A DNA stretch of 45,134 bases from Cryomorphaceae bacterium (GTDB lineage: Bacteria > Bacteroidota > Bacteroidia > Flavobacteriales > BACL11): NCBI GenBank assembly GCA_949511925.1, contig CATEYX010000039.1, positions 1 to 45,134 on the forward strand. Reading direction: 5' to 3'. Under the pieces are notes generated by a model. That model did not search any database. It was not told the DNA's origin and saw only the letters and a program-made list of their open reading frames with translations. The stretch's first letter is position 1, and every line of letters starts with the position of its first letter. Below, in pieces: positions 19,801 through 28,035 of this stretch. A program made the position numbers and the translations under genes.

Positions 19801-19815
19801 GAGAAAAGAATTATC

Positions 19816-20376
19816 ATGAAAAGAATACTACTTGTACTTTCGTTAACTACTTTAATCTTTGCTTGCAAAAAGGAAGACGGCAAACCAAACACAACTACCA
19901 ACATTGAAGGTTGTACAGATTCTTCTGCAACAAACTTCCTTTCAACAGCAACTGTTGATGACGGATCATGTGAGTATCCTCCTTCTGAATTAAAATTAAC
20001 TAGAATTACAGTGAATTCAATGCCTATGACTAATAATGGGTCTGATTGGGATATTGGTATATTGGGAGCAGAAAATCCAGATGTTTTCTACGTTCTAAAA
20101 CAAGGAAATGGAGATATCTCTTCATCAAACTCTAAAGATAATATAGAGTCATTTCCAATATTATTTACAGAAAACCTTCCTTATACGATAAATAATCTAT
20201 CACAAGAATATACTATAGAGCTTTATGATAGCGATCAGATTGCTGGATTAGGAGAGAATGAATTTATTGGATCCTGTAGATTTACACCAAATGAGTATAT
20301 TACCATTGAAGGTGATGAAATTAATATTATTAATAGTGGTGTAGATATGACGTTAGATGTTGAATGGCTTCAATAA
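19816..20376 (+). CDS. Hypothetical lipoprotein with one GCTD..A.NF...A..DDGSC.Y motif and a C2-like domain
   Basis: Lipobox IFA-C followed by KKED; GCTDSSATNFLSTATVDDGSCEY; WD...PDVFYVL and IELYDSD...EFIG patterns. Confidence 0.75.
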   Translation: MKRILLVLSLTTLIFACKKEDGKPNTTTNIEGCTDSSATNFLSTATVDDGSCEYPPSELKLTRITVNSMPMTNNGSDWDIGILGAENPDVFYVLKQGNGDISSSNSKDNIESFPILFTENLPYTINNLSQEYTIELYDSDQIAGLGENEFIGSCRFTPNEYITIEGDEINIINSGVDMTLDVEWLQ

Positions 20377-20381
20377 GACAA

Positions 20382-20804
20382 TTACTTCTCCCAAATCAAC
20401 TTCTTACCAAAACCTAATTTATTGTGGGTCATTTTTATAAAATTGAGAGGCATGACCCAAAGATGTAATTCCATATTAGCAGCATAAGAAAAAGCTTTAA
20501 TGTATTGTTCTTTCGCAATTTTTAAGCGCTCTCCCTTCAATTCTTCTATAGTACCTAGTAATTGAACACCTTGTATTTTGCTAACATTTTTAGTTTCTAA
20601 AGCGACACTTCCTGCAACATTAGTATTCGTAATAAAATCTTGAGCATGCTTGGTTTTTGTTTCGGTAGAAAAAATAAGCTGATTGCTCACTTGATCATAC
20701 ACATAAAAGAGATTGCAGCAATAAGGCTTGTCATTTTGGCTAGTTGCCAAAGTCAGTAAATGATGTTCATTTAAAAAATGAATAATTTGCTGATCAATCT
20801 GCAT
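20382..20804 (-). CDS. Pyridoxamine 5'-phosphate oxidase-like / YhbP family protein
   Basis: FLNEHHLLTLATS, PYCCNLFY, TKHAQ, VAGSVALETKNVSKIQGVQLLG, IKMTHNKLGFGKKLIW. Confidence 0.85.
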   Translation of the reverse strand: MQIDQQIIHFLNEHHLLTLATSQNDKPYCCNLFYVYDQVSNQLIFSTETKTKHAQDFITNTNVAGSVALETKNVSKIQGVQLLGTIEELKGERLKIAKEQYIKAFSYAANMELHLWVMPLNFIKMTHNKLGFGKKLIWEK

Positions 20805-20806
20805 TA

Positions 20807-21775
20807 TTAATATCCTATATTTTTTCTAACTCTTAAAAGCACTTCTTTAGCAATAATTCTTGCCTGGACTGCACCTTTCTCCAATTCTTTATCAATTATG
20901 GTTTTGTTTTCCATCAAGTAATTAAATTTTTCTCTCTCTGTAAAATAGGTGTCACAAATCAATTCAAAAAGCTCTTGCTTAGCATGCCCATATCCATAGT
21001 TTCCAGCCGCATATTTCTCAAATAAAGCATTTGCTTGTTCTTCTGTTGAAAGCAATTTGTATATTTTATAAATATTACAAACATCCGCATCTTTCTTATC
21101 TTTCATAGGAGTGGAATCGGTTTTAATACCCATTATTTGCTTTCTAAGATTTTTATCCGAAAGAAAAATATCAATAAAATTATTATAGGATTTACTCATT
21201 TTTTGACCATCAGTTCCCGGTACAATCATCACCCTTTCATCTACTTTAGTTTCAGGCAAAACAAAGGAGTTAGGGTATTTATGATTAAACCTTGAAGCAA
21301 TATCTCTTGTGATTTCTAGGTGCTGAACCTGATCCTTTCCTACTGGAACAATATTTGCATCATATAATAAAATATCAGCTGCCATAAGAACTGGATAAAT
21401 AAACAGGCCTGCATTTACCTCCGAAATTTTATCTGATTTATCTTTAAAAGAATGAGCCAATTGTAGTCTTTGGAAAGGAGAAAAACAATTTAAATACCAA
21501 GTTAATTCACACACTTGAGTTACATCTGATTGTCTATAAAAAATATTTCTTTCAGTATCAAAACCAAAAGCCAGCCAAGCTGCTGCAGTCGCATAAGTAT
21601 TTTCCCTCAACTGTTCCGCATCACGAATAGTTGTAAAAGAGTGTAAATCAGCTATAAAAAATAAGCTTTCATTTTTCTTGTTTTTTGACAGTTCAATAGC
21701 CGGAATGATGGCTCCTAATAAGTTTCCTAGATGTGGCGTACCTGTGCTTTGTATTCCTGTTAATATTCTTGCCAT
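20807..21775 (-). CDS. trpS: Tryptophan--tRNA ligase
   Basis: ILTGIQSTGTPHLGN (HIGH-like), YPVLMAADILLY, VPVGKDQVQHLE, KMSKS. Confidence 0.97.
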   Translation of the reverse strand: MARILTGIQSTGTPHLGNLLGAIIPAIELSKNKKNESLFFIADLHSFTTIRDAEQLRENTYATAAAWLAFGFDTERNIFYRQSDVTQVCELTWYLNCFSPFQRLQLAHSFKDKSDKISEVNAGLFIYPVLMAADILLYDANIVPVGKDQVQHLEITRDIASRFNHKYPNSFVLPETKVDERVMIVPGTDGQKMSKSYNNFIDIFLSDKNLRKQIMGIKTDSTPMKDKKDADVCNIYKIYKLLSTEEQANALFEKYAAGNYGYGHAKQELFELICDTYFTEREKFNYLMENKTIIDKELEKGAVQARIIAKEVLLRVRKNIGY

Positions 21776-21813
21776 TCTATTTTAAAATTTTGATGTTGTA
21801 AAAATAGGATTTT

Positions 21814-21821
21814 TATCTTTG
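21814..21821 (+). promoter_or_regulatory. Bacteroidota -7 promoter element (TATCTTTG) for plsC-gatC
   Basis: Exact TAnnTTTG 4 nt upstream of ATG 21826. Confidence 0.7.
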
Positions 21822-21825
21822 CAAT

Positions 21826-22563
21826 ATGAAATGGGTCGGCTATCTTTTAAGTTCAATATGGCGTTTATGGTTTTTACTAATGTTTATTTTAGTGTTTATT
21901 CTATTTATGCCTGCTCTGTTTTTCTTTACTGCAATAGTAAAAAATGAAATTATAGTAGCTAAAATTGCCCGCTATTGGTCAAAATTAACAATATATCTTT
22001 CCTTCATTTTCCCTAAAGTAGAGTGGGAAGAAAAACTATCCAAAAAGGAACAATATATATTCTGCCCTAATCATGTTTCCACTTTAGATATCCCTTTTAT
22101 TTTAGCTGTACTGCCCATGCCCTTACAATACATTGGAAAAGCTGAAATAGCAAAAATTCCTTTGTTTGGCTACTTCTTTAAAAACAATTCTGTTATTGTC
22201 GATAGAGCAAACAGAAGAAACGCGTATAGTGCATTCCTAAAAGCAGGAGAAAAATTGAAAATGGGGATTAACATGTGTATCTTTCCAGAAGGAGGGATAC
22301 CAAAATCAGATATTTTTCTAAAGAAATTTAAGAACGGTCCTTTTCGTTTAGCATTGGATAAAAATATAAAAATAGTGCCTATAACTATGCCAGACAGTAA
22401 AAATATGTTTCCAGAGCAATACTTTAAAGGTAGGCCTGGAATAGTCCGTATTAAAATCCATAAGGCTATTGCTCCAAATAGCTTAAAAGAAAAAAGCATA
22501 GAAAATTTTAATCTTTCGGTTTACAATACTATTTTTGAACAATTAAAAAATTATGAGCAATAA
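21826..22563 (+). CDS. plsC: 1-acyl-sn-glycerol-3-phosphate acyltransferase
   Basis: NHVSTLD (HxxxxD), IFPEGG, FKNGPFRLA, IVPIT. Confidence 0.9.
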   Translation: MKWVGYLLSSIWRLWFLLMFILVFILFMPALFFFTAIVKNEIIVAKIARYWSKLTIYLSFIFPKVEWEEKLSKKEQYIFCPNHVSTLDIPFILAVLPMPLQYIGKAEIAKIPLFGYFFKNNSVIVDRANRRNAYSAFLKAGEKLKMGINMCIFPEGGIPKSDIFLKKFKNGPFRLALDKNIKIVPITMPDSKNMFPEQYFKGRPGIVRIKIHKAIAPNSLKEKSIENFNLSVYNTIFEQLKNYEQ

Positions 22564-22855
22564 CATTACCATTGACGATAAATTAGTAGCAGATTTATCA
22601 CGCCTAGCAAAACTTAAATTTGATGCTTCAAAAGCTGGAAAAATGAAAAGTGACCTAGATAAGATTATTGGTTTTGTGGATAAATTATCTGAGATAGAGA
22701 CTGAAGGAGTTGAACCCTTAATTTACTTAAGTGAAGAAGTAAATGTATTAAGAATAGATGAAATAAAACATGAAGTTTCTCAAGAAAATGCACTTAAAAA
22801 TGCACCACAAAAAGATTCTGACTATTTTAAAGTACCTACGGTTTTAAGAAAGTAA
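22553..22855 (+). CDS. gatC: Asp-tRNA(Asn)/Glu-tRNA(Gln) amidotransferase subunit C
   Basis: LSRLAKLKF, IIGFVDKLSEIETEGVEPL, ALKNAPQKDSDYFKVPTV. Confidence 0.93.
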   Translation: MSNNITIDDKLVADLSRLAKLKFDASKAGKMKSDLDKIIGFVDKLSEIETEGVEPLIYLSEEVNVLRIDEIKHEVSQENALKNAPQKDSDYFKVPTVLRK

Positions 22856-22883
22856 TTATAGCTTAAACCAATTTTTAGCTTTT

Positions 22884-23780
22884 TTATTCTTGAGACAAAC
22901 TTACGCCATTTTCACATATTTCCAATATAGAATTTATCCCTAAAATTAAGCACCTGTTATCAGCTAAATGTCCTGCAGGAAATCCAAAACAAATAGGGAA
23001 ATCATAACCCTTAGTATAATCTAAAATTATTTGTTCAGCTGTTTTCCCAAAAGGGATAGAATTATCATTCATGTCACTCATTCCCCCAATAATTAGACCT
23101 TTTAAGTTCCCAAATATTCCATTACGTTTTAAATTCATCATCATTCTATCAATATGATAAAGATACTCATCTAAATCTTCAATAAATAAAATCTTACCTA
23201 TCGTGTCAATATCCGATGAAGAACCTAATAATGAATAGAGAATAGAAAGATTTCCTCCTACAACATCACCCTCAATTTTTCCAAATTTATTAAGCGGATG
23301 CGCTTTACATTCAACATTATTTAAGTTACCAAAAAGAGCATTTTTTAATGACCACAAACTTTCATTAGTATTGCCTTCAAAATTGATGGGCATTGTAGCA
23401 TGTAAACTAGCCATTCCTAAATTATTCAAATGAGAATGCAATACAGTTGCATCACTATACCCAACAATCCATTTTGAGTTTTTTTTCAAATTTGTAAAAT
23501 TGATAGCATCAATTATCTGAACAGTACCATAACCTCCCCTAGCACATAAAATTGCTTTAATACTATTGTCATCAATCATGATTTGCAAGTCATTAGTTCT
23601 TTGATCAACTGTTCCTGAGAATTGATCGTCTTCTTGAAATAAATTAGCACCCAAAACAACTTTCAACCCCCAACTTTCAAGCGTTTTTATGGGAGGCTTT
23701 AATTCTTCTATAGTAATTTTACGGGCAGTAGAAATAATACCAATTTTATCACCAACCACTAATTTTTCAGGAATTATCAT
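22884..23780 (-). CDS. LD-carboxypeptidase (peptidase S66)
   Basis: ARGGYG, VGYSDATVL (catalytic Ser), GGNLS, LFIEDLDE, FPAGH. Confidence 0.93.
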   Translation of the reverse strand: MIIPEKLVVGDKIGIISTARKITIEELKPPIKTLESWGLKVVLGANLFQEDDQFSGTVDQRTNDLQIMIDDNSIKAILCARGGYGTVQIIDAINFTNLKKNSKWIVGYSDATVLHSHLNNLGMASLHATMPINFEGNTNESLWSLKNALFGNLNNVECKAHPLNKFGKIEGDVVGGNLSILYSLLGSSSDIDTIGKILFIEDLDEYLYHIDRMMMNLKRNGIFGNLKGLIIGGMSDMNDNSIPFGKTAEQIILDYTKGYDFPICFGFPAGHLADNRCLILGINSILEICENGVSLSQE

Positions 23781-23868
23781 TTTTATTATTTTACTTTGTT
23801 ATTGTTAGTTTCAGATCTAGTATCTAAAAGCGTATCGGTCTTGTGTCTATTTTCTAATAACTAAAACT

Positions 23869-23876
23869 TATCTTTG
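23869..23876 (+). promoter_or_regulatory. Bacteroidota -7 promoter element (TATCTTTG) for metG
   Basis: Exact TAnnTTTG followed by C, 24 nt upstream of the metG ATG. Confidence 0.7.
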
Positions 23877-23900
23877 CGAAAATAATTTTTTCTGAGAGAA

Positions 23901-25598
23901 ATGAGTATAAAAAGATACACAGTTACATCCGCACTACCTTACGCTAATGGACCATTACATATTGGACACATAGCGGGAGCCTACTTACCAGCCGATATTT
24001 ATGTTAGATATTTAAAAGGAAAAGGCCATGATGTTGCTTTTGTTTGCGGGTCAGACGAGCATGGTGCTGCCATTACTTTGCGCGCTAAAAAGGATGGAGT
24101 GCCACCACAGGAAATTGTAGACAAATACCACAATATCAATAAAAAAGCATTTTCTGATTTTGGTATTGACTTTAGTATTTACCATAGAACTTCTGATAAA
24201 TTACATCATGAGACTGCTCAGGATTTTTTCAAAACATTAGAAGAAAAAAATGTGTTCACTAAAAAAACAGCTGAACAATTTTATGATGAAGAAAATAATC
24301 AGTTCTTAGCGGATAGATACATAAGTGGCGAATGCCCTAAATGTAATGCTGATGGAGCTTATGGTGATCAATGTGAAAAATGTGGTTCAGCACTTAGCCC
24401 TGAAGAATTGATAAATCCAACCTCAACTTTAAGTGGCAAAACACCTATAAAAAAAGAAACTTCTCACTGGTATTTACCAATGCAAAAGCATGAAGAATGG
24501 TTAAAACCTTGGATAGAAAATGGCACCATTAATGGCAAAAACCATCATGACCCTAAAACTTGGAGAAGTCAAGTAATTGGTCAATGTAAATCATGGATTG
24601 ATGGAGGTTTACAAGCCCGTGCCATGACGCGCGATTTAGATTGGGGAGTAAAAGTTCCCGTAAAAGATGCATATGGTAAAGTGCTTTATGTTTGGCTAGA
24701 TGCTCCTATTGGTTATATTTCGGCAACTAAACAATGGGCCGCAGACAATAATAAAAATTGGGAGGATTACTGGAAAAATGAGGAAACTGAATTGGTACAT
24801 TTTATTGGGAAAGACAATATCGTTTTCCACTGTATTATTTTTCCAATTATCTTAAAGGCGCACGAAGGGTATATTTTACCTACCAATGTGCCTGCAAATG
24901 AGTTTTTGAATTTGGAGGGGAAAAAACTTTCTACTTCACGTAATTGGGCAATTTGGTTGCATGAATATCTAGAAGATTTTAAAGAACAAGAAGATGCTCT
25001 GCGTTATGCATTATGCGCAACAGCTCCTGAAAGTAAAGACACTGATTTTACTTGGGCCGATTTTCAAGCAAGGAACAACAATGAATTGGTTGCTATATTT
25101 GGGAACTTCATTAATCGTGTAGTAGTTTTAACTAATAAATATTGGGAAGGAGTTGTCCCTAAATGTAATACTCTTGAAGCTTATGATGAGCAAGTGTTGG
25201 AGAAACTAAAAGCATTTCCTGATAAAATTAGTGCCTCAATTGAAAAATATCGTTTCCGTGAAGCGCTTGGCGAGCTGATGAACTTAGCTCGTCTAGGAAA
25301 TAAATATTTAGCAGACACTGAGCCATGGAAGTTGAAAAAGACTGACGAGAAAAGAACAGAAACTATTATGAATATTTCCATGCAAATTTCAGCTTCTCTA
25401 GCTGTATTATCTGAGCCTTTTATGCCCTTTTCATCCGAAAAATTAAAAGGATTATTGAACCTAGATAACGTGAATTGGAATGATGCTGGAGGAATTATTA
25501 TCAACGATAACCACAAAATAAATCCTGCAACTCATTTATTTAATAAAATTGAAGATGAACAAATTGAACAGCAATTAGAAAAACTTAAGCAACAATAA
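23901..25598 (+). CDS. metG: Methionine--tRNA ligase, short form without C-terminal tRNA-binding domain
   Basis: [27 protein letters not shown] knuckle, [25 protein letters not shown]. Confidence 0.96.
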   Translation: MSIKRYTVTSALPYANGPLHIGHIAGAYLPADIYVRYLKGKGHDVAFVCGSDEHGAAITLRAKKDGVPPQEIVDKYHNINKKAFSDFGIDFSIYHRTSDKLHHETAQDFFKTLEEKNVFTKKTAEQFYDEENNQFLADRYISGECPKCNADGAYGDQCEKCGSALSPEELINPTSTLSGKTPIKKETSHWYLPMQKHEEWLKPWIENGTINGKNHHDPKTWRSQVIGQCKSWIDGGLQARAMTRDLDWGVKVPVKDAYGKVLYVWLDAPIGYISATKQWAADNNKNWEDYWKNEETELVHFIGKDNIVFHCIIFPIILKAHEGYILPTNVPANEFLNLEGKKLSTSRNWAIWLHEYLEDFKEQEDALRYALCATAPESKDTDFTWADFQARNNNELVAIFGNFINRVVVLTNKYWEGVVPKCNTLEAYDEQVLEKLKAFPDKISASIEKYRFREALGELMNLARLGNKYLADTEPWKLKKTDEKRTETIMNISMQISASLAVLSEPFMPFSSEKLKGLLNLDNVNWNDAGGIIINDNHKINPATHLFNKIEDEQIEQQLEKLKQQ

Positions 25599-25648
25599 CT
25601 AATACTAGTACATAATAACCACTATATTAGCCATTTAAAGTATATTCC

Positions 25649-26788
25649 ATGAAACAATTAGCTACACTCATTATTTTAATTTCTATTAACTCTCTAATAT
25701 TTGCTCAATGCAATGGAAGGTACCAAACAGAAATTTTTAGTTCCGTAGCTGTTAACGAAGTAAACTACTCTGATGTTTATACTGACAATGAACATAAAAT
25801 GGATATATATACTGCAAATGGGGATACCGTAACAAACAGGCCTGTAATTTTGTATATGCATGGAGGCTCTTTTCTTGGTGGAAATAAATCAGAAATAGAC
25901 TGCGTAGACTTCTGTGAAAACTTTGCTAAAAAAGGATATGTAACGGCTAGCGCTAATTATCGCTTAGCCTTGGATCCTCAATCTTTTGCCTTATATCAAG
26001 AAGAACAATATACAACCGTATTGAAAGTAGTCTCTGACATAAAAGGTGCAATTAGATATTTTAGGAAAAGTATAGTAAATGGAAATCCTTATGGTATTGA
26101 TGGAAGTGCTATTTTTATTGGAGGCTACTCTGCTGGTGCTGTTGCTGCAATTCATTCATCCTATATTGACTCCATCTCTGATTTACCTATTTCTATAACA
26201 TATACAGATTTACTAACGGGACAAACTGTTGACTTTAATCCACAAGATCTTGTAAGTGCAATTGGCGGTAATTTAGAAGGAGATGCTGGTAATTATGGAT
26301 TTTCATCAGAAGTAAGTGGTGTTGTTAGTTTTGCTGGAGGGATAAATGATATAAACTGGATAGACATTAGTGATGAACCAATAGTAAGTTGCCAAGGAGA
26401 TGCAGATCAAACAGTTAATTACAACTGTGGCCCAGGATTAAATATTCCAACAGTATTCACTCTATGTGGAGCGGCTGAAATACATCCTAAGGCTAATATT
26501 GAAGGATTAACAAATGATTATTTAGTGTTTTCTGGAGAAGGACACGAATGGTGTAGCGCAGGAAATAGCAGTCCATTATTTTTACAAGCACTAGATTTCA
26601 CTAGTGCTTTCTTATTTCCTTTATTACCTTGTAATAATACCACATCAATTTCAGAAGAAAATACAAGAAATAAACAACTTATTCGCACTACTGATATTCT
26701 TGGAAGAAATGCTAACACAATAAACGATGGCCCTTTATTTTACATCTATGATGATGGTAGTGTTGAAAAGAGAATAATCCTAAATTAG
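25649..26788 (+). CDS. Secreted alpha/beta-hydrolase (carboxylesterase/lipase-like) with short C-terminal sorting-like tail
   Basis: Signal peptide; HGGSF oxyanion motif, GYSAG nucleophile elbow, GDADQTV (Asp), GHEW (His); tail TDILGR...FYIYDDGSVEKRII. Confidence 0.85.
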   Translation: MKQLATLIILISINSLIFAQCNGRYQTEIFSSVAVNEVNYSDVYTDNEHKMDIYTANGDTVTNRPVILYMHGGSFLGGNKSEIDCVDFCENFAKKGYVTASANYRLALDPQSFALYQEEQYTTVLKVVSDIKGAIRYFRKSIVNGNPYGIDGSAIFIGGYSAGAVAAIHSSYIDSISDLPISITYTDLLTGQTVDFNPQDLVSAIGGNLEGDAGNYGFSSEVSGVVSFAGGINDINWIDISDEPIVSCQGDADQTVNYNCGPGLNIPTVFTLCGAAEIHPKANIEGLTNDYLVFSGEGHEWCSAGNSSPLFLQALDFTSAFLFPLLPCNNTTSISEENTRNKQLIRTTDILGRNANTINDGPLFYIYDDGSVEKRIILN

Positions 26789-27139
26789 TTGGAAAAACAC
26801 AATAAACTAGGAAAAGAAGGGGAGCTTATTGCGTTTATGGTTTTGCAAAGAGATGGGTTTACAATTCTAGAAACAAATTGGCGTTTTCAAAAAGCTAAAA
26901 TTGATATTATTGCTAGAAAAGATGGTTTTCTTATTTTTACAGAGGTAAAAACTAGAGGGAGTAAGAAATTTGGAAAACCATCAGACGCTATCGATAAAAA
27001 GAAAATAGCACTTTATAAAGATGCTGTTGAAGGCTATTTAGAGCAACACCCAAGTGAAGATGAAATCAGATTTGATGTAGTCAATATTATCATTGGGAAA
27101 GATGAAACCCAAATAGAACATATCCCCAATGCTTTTTAA
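26789..27139 (+). CDS. yraN: YraN (UPF0102) family protein
   Basis: HNKLGKEGE, ILETNWRF, IDIIA, EVKTR, IRFDVV, IEHIPNAF; TTG start directly after the upstream TAG. Confidence 0.9.
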   Translation: MEKHNKLGKEGELIAFMVLQRDGFTILETNWRFQKAKIDIIARKDGFLIFTEVKTRGSKKFGKPSDAIDKKKIALYKDAVEGYLEQHPSEDEIRFDVVNIIIGKDETQIEHIPNAF

Positions 27140-27140
27140 G

Positions 27141-27148
27141 TATATTTG
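27141..27148 (+). promoter_or_regulatory. Bacteroidota -7 promoter element (TATATTTG) for the pseudouridine-synthase-like gene
   Basis: Exact TAnnTTTG followed by C, 14 nt upstream of ATG 27163. Confidence 0.65.
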
Positions 27149-27162
27149 CAAAAATTTTCAAG

Positions 27163-27975
27163 ATGAGAAGAGAAGGTAAAACTAGAAGAGACTTTAGCGA
27201 AAAACCAAATCCTAAAGCAAAATCTTCATTTCGTACTAAGCAGAATGAAAAAAAGACTGTGGATGACGGAAAAATGAGATTGAACAAATTCATTGCTAAT
27301 GCAGGAATTTGTAGCAGAAGAGAAGCCGATAAATTTATTGAAGCAGGTGTAGTGACGGTTAATGGTGTTGGCGTTACTGAAATGGGATTACGTGTGAGTA
27401 AGACTGATGAAATAAAATTCAATGGACAAAGACTTAAGTCAGATCCCCCAAGGTATGTGCTTTTAAACAAGCCTAAAAACTATTCTGGCAGAGTGAATAG
27501 CGATTCAAGTACTACCTCAGTAATGCAACTAATAAAACAAGCTTGTAAGGAAAGAGTTTATCCAGTTGACAAACTGAATAAAACAGAAACTGGATTATTA
27601 CTTTTCACAAACGATACTGACTTAGCAAAAAAACTAGGGGCTTCAAAAAAGAATATCAAAGAAATTTATCAAATCACATTGGATAAAAATTTAAGTCAAG
27701 TGCATCTTGAAAACATCCGAGAGGGAGTTTTCATGAATGGAAGAACTATTAACTTAGATTCAATATCCTACATAAACGGAAAAGATAAAAACGAGATTGG
27801 TATTGAAAATAGTAATGGAGGAATAAAATTAGTAAAACAGTTATTCGAAAAAATAAACTACAAGATCATAAAATTAGATAGAGTGTTTTTAGGTGGACTA
27901 ACTAAGAAAGATTTACCAAGAAAACATTATAGACATCTTACTCAAGATGAACTAAATATTTTAAGACGGCTTTAA
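27163..27975 (+). CDS. RsuA/RluB-family pseudouridine synthase homolog with S4 domain; catalytic motif degenerate
   Basis: S4: RLNKFIANAGICSRREAD; YVLLNKPK; YPVDKLNKTETGLLLFTND in place of YPVGRLD..TTGLLLFTND; C-terminal LDRV..GLTKKDLPR. Confidence 0.9.
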   Translation: MRREGKTRRDFSEKPNPKAKSSFRTKQNEKKTVDDGKMRLNKFIANAGICSRREADKFIEAGVVTVNGVGVTEMGLRVSKTDEIKFNGQRLKSDPPRYVLLNKPKNYSGRVNSDSSTTSVMQLIKQACKERVYPVDKLNKTETGLLLFTNDTDLAKKLGASKKNIKEIYQITLDKNLSQVHLENIREGVFMNGRTINLDSISYINGKDKNEIGIENSNGGIKLVKQLFEKINYKIIKLDRVFLGGLTKKDLPRKHYRHLTQDELNILRRL

Positions 27976-28035
27976 TTTATACCAGAACTGAAAGTCTTTC
28001 GTTATTGCTTTGATTATCGTATTTTTATCGACTTA

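Noticed and set aside
3803-19815. Extended N-termini in the ORF track for hmgA (3820), sod (5686), CPBP (9477), dusB (9472), rbfA (12115), the amidohydrolases (15500, 18438) and the lipoprotein (19783)
   Set aside because: The extensions run through promoter motifs or neighbouring genes; family-typical N-termini or signal peptides begin at downstream ATGs
23781-23900. Possible T-box or SAM riboswitch upstream of metG
   Set aside because: The promoter motif is only 24 nt from the ATG, leaving no room for a structured leader, and no consensus elements were seen
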